Below, in pieces: positions 21,157-30,714 of a stretch of DNA of 64,000 nt. Position numbers and translations under genes: made by a program. The DNA is from Nitrososphaeria archaeon (GTDB lineage: Archaea > Thermoproteota > Nitrososphaeria > Geothermarchaeales > JDFR-13): NCBI GenBank assembly GCA_027078545.1, contig JALWXN010000004.1, positions 64,001-128,000 of the forward strand, given 5' to 3'. Numbering within the stretch: the stretch's first letter is position 1; every line of letters starts with the position of its first letter. The notes under the pieces are model-generated. The model saw only the letters and a list, made by a program, of their open reading frames with translations. It had not been told where the DNA came from and did no database searches.

Positions 21157-21245
21157 GCGGGGGTTCCCCTAGCCTGGCCAACGGGGCGCGGTTGAGGACC
21201 GCGTGGCGTAGGCCTTCGTGGGTTCAAATCCCACCCCCCGCACCA
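21157..21245 (+). tRNA. tRNA-Leu(GAG)
   Basis: GCGGGGG acceptor, CGCGG-TT-GAG-GA-CCGCG, long variable arm, encoded CCA. Confidence 0.95.
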
Positions 21246-21976
21246 CCTAATACCTTCTCAACAGCCGTAGACACTATGTCTTCAAGATCCGGAGGATACT
21301 CAACCACGAGCTTCAAACCATCATCGAGTATTAAGACCTTCAGGTAGATCCTATCCATATAGCCCTCTAGAAAACGGCTCAACTCCCTAACCAGATCCGC
21401 CTCCTTCCAGCCATACACAATCTCCTCCCGTCTACGACGACTAGGCCTTCCCATCCTCTCCACTAGCTCCGGCTCAACATATCTTAGATACATCTCCCTC
21501 ATCTCCCTAGGCACCCCAGGCAGGACATAGAGCCAGGCCTCACCATGCCGAATCCTCATTCCCGGGGCAGCGCCTAGAGGGTTAGGTATTGGATCAGCAC
21601 CCTCCACTAGATAGGCCATCCTCTTCCTCATGTCGTCTAGCTCGATACCAAGCCTCTCATAGTATTTGATGAGCATGTCCAATGCGTCCTTCGAGAGTAT
21701 GAGAGGCCTGTTTAGATATTTGGATAGTGCTGTCCTGGTCACGTCATCCCTAGTTGGGCCTAGGCCACCCACTATAATCACTGTGTCAGAGATCGATAGT
21801 GAAACGTCCAGCTCACTGCTCAGGAGGTCTAGGTCGTCCCTAACTATGGATGCTCTCACAATCTCTGCTCCAACTATGTTAAGCCTATCCACCAGCCAGG
21901 GTGTATTCTCATCCTTAATCAGACCCTTGAGAACCTCAGTGGCAACAGTAATTATAGATGCCTTGAGGCTAGTCAC
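21224..21976 (-). CDS. CinA-like molybdopterin-binding-domain protein
   Basis: E.L.G.I.D.N, GGLGPT.DD.T, NP.GAAPG, LPGVPREM. Confidence 0.88.
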   Translation of the reverse strand: MTSLKASIITVATEVLKGLIKDENTPWLVDRLNIVGAEIVRASIVRDDLDLLSSELDVSLSISDTVIIVGGLGPTRDDVTRTALSKYLNRPLILSKDALDMLIKYYERLGIELDDMRKRMAYLVEGADPIPNPLGAAPGMRIRHGEAWLYVLPGVPREMREMYLRYVEPELVERMGRPSRRRREEIVYGWKEADLVRELSRFLEGYMDRIYLKVLILDDGLKLVVEYPPDLEDIVSTAVEKVLGGAGGGI

Positions 21977-22686
21977 CTCTTACGCCTACCTGTACGCCTA
22001 GCAGCGAAGCTACCCACCTTCTTACCTGGGGGAGAGTTCCTAGCCACAGTCTTAGGCTTACCAACATGCTGATGCGAACCGCCTCCAAACGGGTGATCCA
22101 CAGGGTTCATAGCCACGCCCCTCACACGAGGCCATCTCTTACCGCCCTTAGCCTTCAACCACCAGTACTTAGCGCCGGCCTTAAGGAAAGGCTTGTCGGT
22201 CCTACCTCCACCAGCCACTACTCCAATAACAGCCCTGCAATTGGGGTTCAACACCTTACTCTTGCCAGACGGGAGTTTGACCTCAACACCGTCCCTGGTC
22301 CTACCTATCACCTGTACATATGTTCCAGAGGCTCGTCCAAACTTACCACCATCACCAGGAACCCCTTCCACCATAGATATCAGCGTACCTGGCGGGATAT
22401 CCTTAAGATACATTATGTCCCCAGGCTTAGGATCATCAGAATTATAGATCCTAATCTCCTGGCCAACATACATACCCTCCACAGCATGGATATAGAACTC
22501 TACCCCATCAGGAGTCTTCAGCTTAGCCATGGGAGTACCCCTACCAGGGTTATGCAGCAGTTCAACCACAGTCGCAGTAGTCGGCTCATTAAATAGTGGA
22601 ATAGCTGCAGGGGCTACAGACTTATGTGTAGATGCTCTATATACCGGGCTACTACCCATCCTCTGTGCGAGTATCCTCTTTCCCAT
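21973..22686 (-). CDS. rpl2p: 50S ribosomal protein uL2
   Basis: MGKRIL.QR, WPRVRGVAMNPVDHPFGGG, ARRTGR. Confidence 0.98.
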   Translation of the reverse strand: MGKRILAQRMGSSPVYRASTHKSVAPAAIPLFNEPTTATVVELLHNPGRGTPMAKLKTPDGVEFYIHAVEGMYVGQEIRIYNSDDPKPGDIMYLKDIPPGTLISMVEGVPGDGGKFGRASGTYVQVIGRTRDGVEVKLPSGKSKVLNPNCRAVIGVVAGGGRTDKPFLKAGAKYWWLKAKGGKRWPRVRGVAMNPVDHPFGGGSHQHVGKPKTVARNSPPGKKVGSFAARRTGRRKR

Positions 22687-22740
22687 CCCGATCCCCCAGC
22701 TCTATAATTAAGGCTTGAAAGCCAAATATTAAAGGCCCAG

Positions 22741-23016
22741 CTACAGTATGCCTAGTGAGGTGGCAACCCTCATAGCATCATCCTTATCGGCAAAGGTCAC
22801 GATAGCCTTCTTCAAACCCTTAGGCGTATTCATTATATTAACCTTCTTAACCTTGGCGTCGAACCGCCTCTCCACAACCCTCTTGACATCGCTCTTCGTA
22901 GCCTTCTTATCAACGATCAGTGTGATCTTACCCTCCCTCTCAAGTAGCAATATAGACTTCTCAGTGATCACGGGATATTTAACTATCCTGTAGAACTCGA
23001 GCTCCTCACTCATCAC
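22741..23016 (-). CDS. rpl23p: 50S ribosomal protein uL23
   Basis: P.ITEK, V.KVN...TPKG.KKAIV. Confidence 0.95.
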   Translation of the reverse strand: MMSEELEFYRIVKYPVITEKSILLLEREGKITLIVDKKATKSDVKRVVERRFDAKVKKVNIMNTPKGLKKAIVTFADKDDAMRVATSLGIL

Positions 23017-23830
23017 TCTTCACCACATGCCTCTTAACAACAAACCCAAACCTCTCCTCCAGCCTCGGGAGGGCATCCTCGATCCAAACGACGAGTCTAC
23101 CAGGCACGCCACCTGGGGCAAGATCCATAAGCGTCAGTTGATCCACACTCACAACATCAACGCCTGGGAAGTTCCTCACCGCCCTAGAAATCCCCCCATC
23201 ATTTAGATATACTATCAAAGGCCCAGCACCAACCTTCCTACGCCTACCCCTCCACGAAGCCTTACCACCAACAATCTTAATATTCTCGGCAACCCTCTCC
23301 ACATCATCCCAAAGACCAAGGGTCCTGAAAACCTCCCTAGCCTCCGACGACTTAGCGATGTTGGCAAACTCCGAAGTCACTATAAGCGGTATACTGGGTA
23401 CATTGTCAATCCTATGGCCCCTCTTAGCCACCAGTTCCCTCCTAGCCGTGGCGGCCACCGCACTAGCCGTAGCCAGCTTCAGCTCCTTCCTATTGATCTT
23501 CTTATAAATATTCTTCTCAGCCGTGGGTGCATGGGGCCTACGGCCACCCCTAGCCATAGCAACTATAGCTCCTCTCCCCCTGAGGGGAGGGTCTTTATAC
23601 CTAGGTATCCTAGCTATTCCAAGCCCTACACCGAAATACTCGGCACTGGTCTCCCTACCCGCGAGTGGATACCTCCCCTTAGGCTGTAGTCTATGGGTGA
23701 TTTGATGGAAGAATAACCTAGATATTATATCCTCCCTAACAGGGAGGTCAAATATCCTAGGCCTCCCAATCCTCTTCTCCTCCTCACCCACTAGGTTATA
23801 TACTGGAATCTCCTCCGACATGGTATCCAC
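23006..23830 (-). CDS. rpl4p: 50S ribosomal protein uL4
   Basis: AG.ETSAE..G.G.G.ARIPR, LAPGG.PGRL. Confidence 0.97.
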   Translation of the reverse strand: MDTMSEEIPVYNLVGEEEKRIGRPRIFDLPVREDIISRLFFHQITHRLQPKGRYPLAGRETSAEYFGVGLGIARIPRYKDPPLRGRGAIVAMARGGRRPHAPTAEKNIYKKINRKELKLATASAVAATARRELVAKRGHRIDNVPSIPLIVTSEFANIAKSSEAREVFRTLGLWDDVERVAENIKIVGGKASWRGRRRKVGAGPLIVYLNDGGISRAVRNFPGVDVVSVDQLTLMDLAPGGVPGRLVVWIEDALPRLEERFGFVVKRHVVKSDE

Positions 23831-23831
23831 C

Positions 23832-24833
23832 TCACAAGTCTATATAGGTTATCTTAACAGGAGTCTTCATCTCCTCCTTAACAGGCCTCATCGCGAACCT
23901 CATCTTTATCAGCCTCTTAGCTGGGCCAGGTACAGAACCCTTGAGGATGATGAACTTACTCTTGAGAAGACCATACTTATGGAAGGGCAATGGATGGTCA
24001 AAGTCTTCCGGAGACTTTATGTCAAGAATCTTTAGATTGTATATGGTCCTCCTGTGGAACCCCATCTGCCCAGCCAATGGAACGGTATACCTAGTGGCGG
24101 ATGGCTTCCAAGGCCCGAGGGCACCGGGCTTCCTACGGGCCTTCCTAGACTTATGGGAGAGGAGCTTAATACCCCACCTCTTCACAGGGCCCTGGAACCC
24201 CTTACCCTTAGTCACAGCTATAACGTCTATAACGTCACCAGGTGAAAATACCTGGTCTACCTCTATCTCCTTCCCGATAACACTCTTGGCATATTCAAAC
24301 CTATCCGATATACTTGAGCCACCACCAATCTGGATCTCGAAGATCTCCGGCTTCTTCTTACTTATACCAGCCTTTACAGGCTGTGTGGATACCAGTAGAC
24401 GGATTATCTTGGTCTCATCCAGTAGCTCCTCAGCCTTCTTCAACTGGTCCTCCATGTGGCCAGGTTTGAGGGTTACATCCCTCCTATTTATGAACTCGGG
24501 GAACTCGTCAGAGACCACCGTGAAGATACTCTTCAACGCGTTTGAGGTGAGATCAGCCTTATACCCAACCATCCCTAGGACAAATAGGGGAGGTGTCTCA
24601 ATAATCGTGACTGCGGAGAATATCTCCTGTCCACGATATGGAGAGAATTGATACTCATCGATATAATAGACATGGGTCATGCCAGCCTTGTATCCAGCGA
24701 ATCCGAGGGGCTTGGGCTCTGGAGAGTCTATAACTGGCCAAGCCTTAATAGCCGGATTTAGGGATTTAGCCCTCTTTCTAGGCGAGAAGGCCAGTGAACC
24801 TCTTTTAGGAGCATGTTTCTTTCGAGCGCCCAT
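23832..24833 (-). CDS. rpl3p: 50S ribosomal protein uL3
   Basis: PKRGSL.F.PRKR, GYKAGMTH, TKGKGFQGPVKRWG, GQMGFH.RT. Confidence 0.98.
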   Translation of the reverse strand: MGARKKHAPKRGSLAFSPRKRAKSLNPAIKAWPVIDSPEPKPLGFAGYKAGMTHVYYIDEYQFSPYRGQEIFSAVTIIETPPLFVLGMVGYKADLTSNALKSIFTVVSDEFPEFINRRDVTLKPGHMEDQLKKAEELLDETKIIRLLVSTQPVKAGISKKKPEIFEIQIGGGSSISDRFEYAKSVIGKEIEVDQVFSPGDVIDVIAVTKGKGFQGPVKRWGIKLLSHKSRKARRKPGALGPWKPSATRYTVPLAGQMGFHRRTIYNLKILDIKSPEDFDHPLPFHKYGLLKSKFIILKGSVPGPAKRLIKMRFAMRPVKEEMKTPVKITYIDL

Positions 24834-24918
24834 CCCAACCACCTAGATCTTATGTCCGGACTATTCTTCTCCAACTAGAATATGCATAAGCCGGGAGAGA
24901 ATATTTAAAACTAGAGCC

Positions 24919-25797
24919 TCAGAGACGGCCAGAGCCAAGTATATAGTCGAATATGGCCAGAGCTATTAGCAGGGCCTCCTCCATCCTGATAGTCTCTACA
25001 CGCTGCCTATGGACTAGATTTATGTAGTAGTCGAAGACATTACGGGGATCCACATCATAATGCCCAAGTATTTCGTTCAAACCATACTCCGGAGCGCCCA
25101 GAACTAGTAGCAGCCTACCTACATCGACCGCCCTACTCCTCAACTCCCTCGGGTCTATATCACCGATATAGTCACCAGTCCTACTCAGACCTATTTTCAG
25201 ACCCTCATACCTATCGAGAAAGGTTGGTAGACTCTCCTTCAACCTACTCACCTTAAATCCTTGGTAGAGATCCAGATCAGAGGCCTCATCCATATCTAGG
25301 ACACGCCCGATCAGGTACTTCTCCGAGTTCTTAATAATCTCTATCAACGCAATCCTCGGAGGCTTAGAATCCCTCACCAAGACCGGTTTATCAAGACCCA
25401 CCTCATACAAATACCCACCCCCACCACTCCTACCAACTAGAAGCCCCACCCTATACTCGGGATACTCCAGATCCTTTATAGCCACCTTCTCCTTGAAGAG
25501 CTCAAGCTTCACAGGTGGGAGAGCCCCCGCATAGCTCAGGGACCTATCCCTAGAAAAGATTACTTTCTTAAGATACGGCGGGGTGATGAGGTATCTAAGC
25601 AGTGTGATAACATCCTTATATACAGTCCTATCTTGATTCAGGGGGTCGGGATATATGAATATCCTATCCACACCATAGATAGCTGCAGACCTAGCTACTA
25701 GGGATACGGCGAAGCTCCTCTGCATATTAGAGGATAAATTTGTTGTGAATGAGGTTGGTATAGCCACATCAATCCTAGGCCTCTCGTCCTTCATCAC
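24919..25797 (-). CDS. SPOUT-class RNA methyltransferase (DUF171/COG2106)
   Basis: AR...IYGVD.I, YL.TPPYL.K, G.LPP, Q.VETIR.EEA; typical position upstream of L3. Confidence 0.88.
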   Translation of the reverse strand: MMKDERPRIDVAIPTSFTTNLSSNMQRSFAVSLVARSAAIYGVDRIFIYPDPLNQDRTVYKDVITLLRYLITPPYLKKVIFSRDRSLSYAGALPPVKLELFKEKVAIKDLEYPEYRVGLLVGRSGGGGYLYEVGLDKPVLVRDSKPPRIALIEIIKNSEKYLIGRVLDMDEASDLDLYQGFKVSRLKESLPTFLDRYEGLKIGLSRTGDYIGDIDPRELRSRAVDVGRLLLVLGAPEYGLNEILGHYDVDPRNVFDYYINLVHRQRVETIRMEEALLIALAIFDYILGSGRL

Positions 25798-26467
25798 CTA
25801 TCCCCATACACTCTTCAACGATAGCTATTCCCGAGCTCGATCCTATTATATCAGCACCCGCATCGAGAAGAGCCGTGGCGGCTTTGCAGTTTCTTATCCC
25901 ACCCGATGCCTTTATCCCGATATCTGGGCTGAGCATCCCCCTTATAGCCGATACATCCTCCACAGTCGTTCCACGAGGGCCTTTACCAGTAGATGTCTTA
26001 AAGAAATCGGGCCCGGCCCGATTAATAGCTTCTACTGCCTTCCTCAATAATCTGTCGTTAAGGATAGTTACCTCAACGATGATCTTTATCCCCCTCCTCC
26101 ATGAATCCTTGACATATGAGGTGAGGCCCATAACCTCATCCACATATTCTTTGTAGAAGCCGTTCAGGAGTAGATTGACATTGGAGACTACATCCACCTC
26201 ATCAGCACCAGATGAGAATAGATAGTCTATTGTACGTAGCTTCGCCTCCAGACTATCCATCCCATATGGGAAGGATACGACCCCAATAAGAATGGTATCA
26301 CATTTATCGACAATGTCGCTCAGCCTGGCCACTATCCAGGGATGTGATACAAAGCCCCTTACACCAAGTCTACAACAGGCCCTATACTCCTCCACAACCT
26401 CCTTAAGCCTGATGTCTATAGATAGTCTTGTGTGGTCTATCTTAGAACCTATACCCTGCCTTGACAC
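25775..26467 (-). CDS. deoC: Deoxyribose-phosphate aldolase
   Basis: IDHT.L, FP.G, GADEVD.V, KIIVE, FKTSTG, IKASGGIR. Confidence 0.93.
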   Translation of the reverse strand: MSRQGIGSKIDHTRLSIDIRLKEVVEEYRACCRLGVRGFVSHPWIVARLSDIVDKCDTILIGVVSFPYGMDSLEAKLRTIDYLFSSGADEVDVVSNVNLLLNGFYKEYVDEVMGLTSYVKDSWRRGIKIIVEVTILNDRLLRKAVEAINRAGPDFFKTSTGKGPRGTTVEDVSAIRGMLSPDIGIKASGGIRNCKAATALLDAGADIIGSSSGIAIVEECMGIGDEGREA

Positions 26468-26517
26468 TGCAAAAAATATTTGGTTGGAGAGATGGGAAAA
26501 ATTCTTGTTACTCCTAC

Positions 26518-27984
26518 TCAGCCCTTAACCACGGCCAGAGGCAGCATCCTTACCACCCTCTTAGCCAGTCCAGCCCCATCGGCCACCATGGCCACATCAT
26601 CACTGCTCTTATAAGCGAATTCAACCTCCTCCACGACAGTAGCCATAGACTCAGCCCTCACAATTATCCCTCTCCTACTGAGGTCCTGAAGTATCCTGTC
26701 TCCACGATACATCCTCTTAGCAGCTGACCTGCTGAGCACCCTTCCAGATCCATGTGGTGCTGAGGCGAAGCTCCTCTCAAGACTGGTTGGATGCCCAATG
26801 AGGATGTATGACGCGGTCCCCATGCTACCCGGAACGAGTACTGGCTGGCCTACAGACCTATATACCTTGGGCAGGAGTGGATGGCCCGCTGGGAGACTCC
26901 TCGTAGCCCCCTTCCTATGTACATAGAGGAGCTTCCTCTTACCATCCACGACATGCTCCTCCGGCTTTACAATGTTATGTGCCACGTCATATACAATCTC
27001 CATATCCAGCTTATCGGCGCTGGTCTTAAACACCTCTTCAAAGCTCTGCCTCACCCAGTGGCTGATAGCCTGCCTATTAGCAAATGCGAAGTTAACGGCA
27101 CACTTGAATGCCTTGAGATACTGCTGAGCCTCCGGACTCTTAAGTGGTGCATATGCAAGCTCCCTATCAGGAAGCTTGATGTTATACTTCCTTATCGCCC
27201 TGTCCATTACCTTTAGATAATCGCTACATACCTGGTGTCCATAGCCCCTACTACCACAGTGAACCATGACTACTACCTGACCCCTCTCAACAATACCCAT
27301 AGCCTCTGCCAGCTTCTCGTCAAAGATCTTATCCACAACCTGGACCTCTAGGAAGTGGTTCCCACTTCCAAGGGTACCTATCTGGTTCAATCCACGCCTC
27401 TTAGCAGTGTCGCTCACATAGGATGGGTCAGCACCCTCTATAGCACCCTCCTCCTCGATCCTCTCAGGGTCATCCGCCCATCCCAGGCCGAACTTGTTTA
27501 TAATGTACTGTGCACCCTCAACAGCTATCCTGTCTAGCTCACTCCTAGTTACATGGAAGTCCCTCCTCCTACTACCCAGCCCCGCAGGTACATTCCTGAA
27601 TAGGACATCCGCGAGCTCCTTGATCTTATCCTTAACATCATCGTAATGGAGATTAGTCCTTATCACCCTCACACCACAGTTTATATCATACCCAACTCCA
27701 CCGGGGCTTACAACACCCTCCTCCCCATCTACAGCCGCCACACCACCAATGGGGAATCCATATCCCTGATGGAAGTCAGGCATAACAATGCTGAACTTCT
27801 GTATACCTGGGAGGGTAGCCACGTTCATAGCCTGGATAAACGTCTTATCCTTGGTCCCCTGCTCATAGATCTGCTGCTTAGATGCATATATCCTGACTGG
27901 AACCCTCATATCCTTCCTAGCTTCCTTCGGTATCTCCCAGATAAACTCATCTAGCTGCCTGATGGGATATGGAAAACGGTTCAT
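26518..27984 (-). CDS. rtcB: RNA-splicing ligase RtcB
   Basis: MPD.HQGYGFPIGG, GYDINCG, GSGNHFLE, H.GSRG, HRKGAT, PGSMGT, HGSGR. Confidence 0.97.
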   Translation of the reverse strand: MNRFPYPIRQLDEFIWEIPKEARKDMRVPVRIYASKQQIYEQGTKDKTFIQAMNVATLPGIQKFSIVMPDFHQGYGFPIGGVAAVDGEEGVVSPGGVGYDINCGVRVIRTNLHYDDVKDKIKELADVLFRNVPAGLGSRRRDFHVTRSELDRIAVEGAQYIINKFGLGWADDPERIEEEGAIEGADPSYVSDTAKRRGLNQIGTLGSGNHFLEVQVVDKIFDEKLAEAMGIVERGQVVVMVHCGSRGYGHQVCSDYLKVMDRAIRKYNIKLPDRELAYAPLKSPEAQQYLKAFKCAVNFAFANRQAISHWVRQSFEEVFKTSADKLDMEIVYDVAHNIVKPEEHVVDGKRKLLYVHRKGATRSLPAGHPLLPKVYRSVGQPVLVPGSMGTASYILIGHPTSLERSFASAPHGSGRVLSRSAAKRMYRGDRILQDLSRRGIIVRAESMATVVEEVEFAYKSSDDVAMVADGAGLAKRVVRMLPLAVVKG

Positions 27985-28091
27985 AGAGACCCCCTCTTCC
28001 TAATTAAAACATTTAGGAGTGGAAATAAAGTTTAGTAATGGATTGGAAAGTCAAGTTTTATTAACCTGTCGAGGAGGGATAAATTAATGGT

Positions 28092-28221
28092 GGTGGGCTG
28101 CCGGCCATACCCCCCAGGGAACGCCCGTACCCATTCCGAACACGGAAGCTAAGCTGGGGCGGGCCGCTCCGAGTAGTGGGGTGCGAGAGCCCCCGCGAAA
28201 GGACGGTGCCGGCGGCCCACC
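28092..28221 (+). rRNA. rrf: 5S rRNA (stand-alone)
   Basis: GGCCATA...CCCGTACCCATTCCGAACACGGAAGCTAAG...GAGTAGTGG; terminal helix GGTGGGCTGCCGGC/GCCGGCGGCCCACC; TTTTATTAA promoter-like box upstream. Confidence 0.95.
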
Positions 28222-28260
28222 TAAAACACAAACTCCTCACGATATCATACGGTGCATACC

Positions 28261-28707
28261 ATGGATAACCTACATCCCGTCATACAGAGAGTGATGGACA
28301 AGCAGCTGGATACAGAATGTCTAGACGAGTCGTTATACCTAGAGCTGATTAACCGGTACGGTGAAGACGCCGTAAGGGCCATCTATAGGGCTGGACGGGG
28401 ATATTCAAAGAAATATGTCTTTAAAAATGTCCATGGCGGACCCACGGTAGTGATTTACACTTATCAAGGCAACAGTGCTGAATACATAATCTTCGAAAAA
28501 CTAGGAATATGTAGCTGTAGAACAAGGTATAGGTTGGACAAGCAGAAGGGGCTGGTCTGCTACCACCTGATAGGTTTCGCCATAGATGCCTTGAATAACT
28601 CAATTAGGGAGTATGTGGTTGAATATGACGACCCAGCCACAATACTCTGGGACATATCTGAAGCCACGGATACTGATAGCACTAAGTATCAGGGCAACGA
28701 TGAATAG
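28261..28707 (+). CDS. SWIM zinc-finger protein
   Basis: CSC...CYH SWIM motif. Confidence 0.75.
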   Translation: MDNLHPVIQRVMDKQLDTECLDESLYLELINRYGEDAVRAIYRAGRGYSKKYVFKNVHGGPTVVIYTYQGNSAEYIIFEKLGICSCRTRYRLDKQKGLVCYHLIGFAIDALNNSIREYVVEYDDPATILWDISEATDTDSTKYQGNDE

Positions 28708-28755
28708 AAATGCTTAAGTTATGGTGAAGGCATAAACGATTCTTAGTGATCAGCA

Positions 28756-28875
28756 ATGAGTGTGCCGATGTTCTACGACCTGCTGACTACATTGATAGCT
28801 GGGCTAGTAGGCTTTGTGATAATACTGCTGATTTATGGGGAATATGATAGGCAGAGGAAGATGAGTGGTAAATGA
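28756..28875 (+). CDS. Putative 39-aa single-TM membrane peptide
   Basis: Manual ORF MSVPMFYDLLTTLIAGLVGFVIILLIYGEYDRQRKMSGK filling the intergenic gap; below ORF-track cutoff. Confidence 0.45.
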   Translation: MSVPMFYDLLTTLIAGLVGFVIILLIYGEYDRQRKMSGK

Positions 28876-28878
28876 GGA

Positions 28879-30342
28879 TTAATACTTCTTCCTCTCTATC
28901 CTACTGAAGGCCCTAAGCCTCAAGGTTAATGGAGAGGTGGTATCTATCAATGATCTAGAGTCCACCTGGGCCCCGTAAACCACTACCCAGTCACCAATCC
29001 CGATATCCTCGGATGAATAGTCCGATATGTCTCCTCTAAACACTACCATAAATGTCTCACCCTCTATGTCCTCGAGTAAGATGATATTCTCCATCTCCCC
29101 GAAACCCTCCTTAACCTTCGCCACTTTACCCTCAATAGTCACATAGGACTGGGCCAGCTGGACATTCTTCACGCTCACCCGTGGGATACTCCTCTCTATT
29201 AAGCTATCATCAAGAGGTATGATCCTTGTCAAGTCTGTAGTGAACAGGTTTACATTCGGAGCCAGATTTTTAAGGGTAGCCCTAAAGATCTCAAGGTAGA
29301 ACTCGCCACCCTCCTCTACTTGATACATACTATCAACCTTCTCATCCATAGCCGTGAGAACAGCTTCAGAAACACCGTCTGTCACCAATACATTCAAAAC
29401 CCTCCTATCGTTACGTATACGCTCCTTCCCAAATGAAAGGGCCTTTAGTCTAACCCTCGATAGGATCAGCCCAAAACCTATCTGGGATAGGAAGGTCTCA
29501 CCTACTTCGAGAGAGACATCGAGTGTAGGGTCCACCTCAATATATGAAAGATTATTCACACGTATCTCCACATCTCCAAACCGGTTCTCCCTAATCCATA
29601 CATGGTACAACCTGATCTTCTCACCCGGGTTGATCGAGTAGATGGATTCATGGAGTCTGGACCAAGATATACATCTAACAGCCTTTGACCCGGCCCCGAT
29701 ATAGAAGTCATAGAGAGGCTTACTCTGCTGATTCACCATAACCACCCTCTCGGAGGGGCGTGTCAACAGGATACCATATATATACTGAGGAGACTCAGCT
29801 GGAGACGCCTCATTAACCGGCTTCATAAACTTGTCTATGAATGGAATCTCATCTGCTATGCCTTGGTAAGGCGATATAGTCGCATTCTGAGGTACATGTA
29901 CCTCAAGTTCACCCTGTAGATTTTCCCTGACATAACAGCCCTGAATATCCACGACCTCACCCGGTCTAACTCCAAGCTTAGCGAGGTCGTTTCTATCCCT
30001 ACCCCAGAAGACTACGGGTATAACCCCTGTATCATCTACCAAGCCACCCCTCGTCAACACCCCCCTCTGACTCTCCTGGCTATAACCTATCCAAGCCACC
30101 CTAGCCACCAGATGGACATTAGAGAGGCCTGCTATCAGATCACCTATCTTTAGCCTACCCACGGCCTCCCCTTCATAGGACGAACCACTCTCTAGGAGGA
30201 GGAGATATAACGCAGTCTTACGAGTGATATCGAGTTCAGACATGTATCTCGCAACGATATCCTCGATAGTCGCCCTAGTAAGATGTGGATTCTTCTTCAA
30301 AATTTTATCTATGAGCTCTTCCTCCTCCCTCAAATCATCCAT
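28879..30342 (-). CDS. Replication protein A-like multi-OB-fold ssDNA-binding protein
   Basis: N-terminal helical domain, KIGDL..G, DDTG.I..V.W, further OB repeats. Confidence 0.82.
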   Translation of the reverse strand: MDDLREEEELIDKILKKNPHLTRATIEDIVARYMSELDITRKTALYLLLLESGSSYEGEAVGRLKIGDLIAGLSNVHLVARVAWIGYSQESQRGVLTRGGLVDDTGVIPVVFWGRDRNDLAKLGVRPGEVVDIQGCYVRENLQGELEVHVPQNATISPYQGIADEIPFIDKFMKPVNEASPAESPQYIYGILLTRPSERVVMVNQQSKPLYDFYIGAGSKAVRCISWSRLHESIYSINPGEKIRLYHVWIRENRFGDVEIRVNNLSYIEVDPTLDVSLEVGETFLSQIGFGLILSRVRLKALSFGKERIRNDRRVLNVLVTDGVSEAVLTAMDEKVDSMYQVEEGGEFYLEIFRATLKNLAPNVNLFTTDLTRIIPLDDSLIERSIPRVSVKNVQLAQSYVTIEGKVAKVKEGFGEMENIILLEDIEGETFMVVFRGDISDYSSEDIGIGDWVVVYGAQVDSRSLIDTTSPLTLRLRAFSRIERKKY

Positions 30343-30391
30343 ATTAGCCTGGCCCCCAAATCATAAAAATAGCCATGGGCTAGAAATAGGG

Positions 30392-30688
30392 CTAATTAGA
30401 AGTTTCAGCCCGTGATAGGAGTATCCTTATCCTCGAGACCTTTTTGGGAAGCCCCCTAACCGTCTGACCCATCACCATATCAGTAGTTATGTTCTCAATC
30501 GTCACCTCACCCTTCTTAAACACGTTTACCAGGAGGTTGCACACATCTATAGCCTTACATATATTCATCCCAAGCGCCTCAACAACTATCTTCTCCTCTC
30601 CCCTCTCGAACAGCTTGATACAGACATTTATGTAGAAGGAAGTGTTCCTTTTGCCGATATATACTATTGGCAACTCCTGACTCATCAA
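30392..30688 (-). CDS. albA: Alba DNA/RNA-binding protein (divergent)
   Basis: VYIGK....Y, A.G..I.KAIDV, VS.I.I.L. Confidence 0.85.
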   Translation of the reverse strand: MMSQELPIVYIGKRNTSFYINVCIKLFERGEEKIVVEALGMNICKAIDVCNLLVNVFKKGEVTIENITTDMVMGQTVRGLPKKVSRIRILLSRAETSN

Positions 30689-30714
30689 GACCCACCATCC
30701 AACCGCCTCGAACC

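Noticed and set aside
22066-24651. Long antisense ORFs opposite L2/L3 (e.g. 176 aa, 236 aa)
   Set aside because: Antisense shadows of strongly conserved ribosomal protein genes
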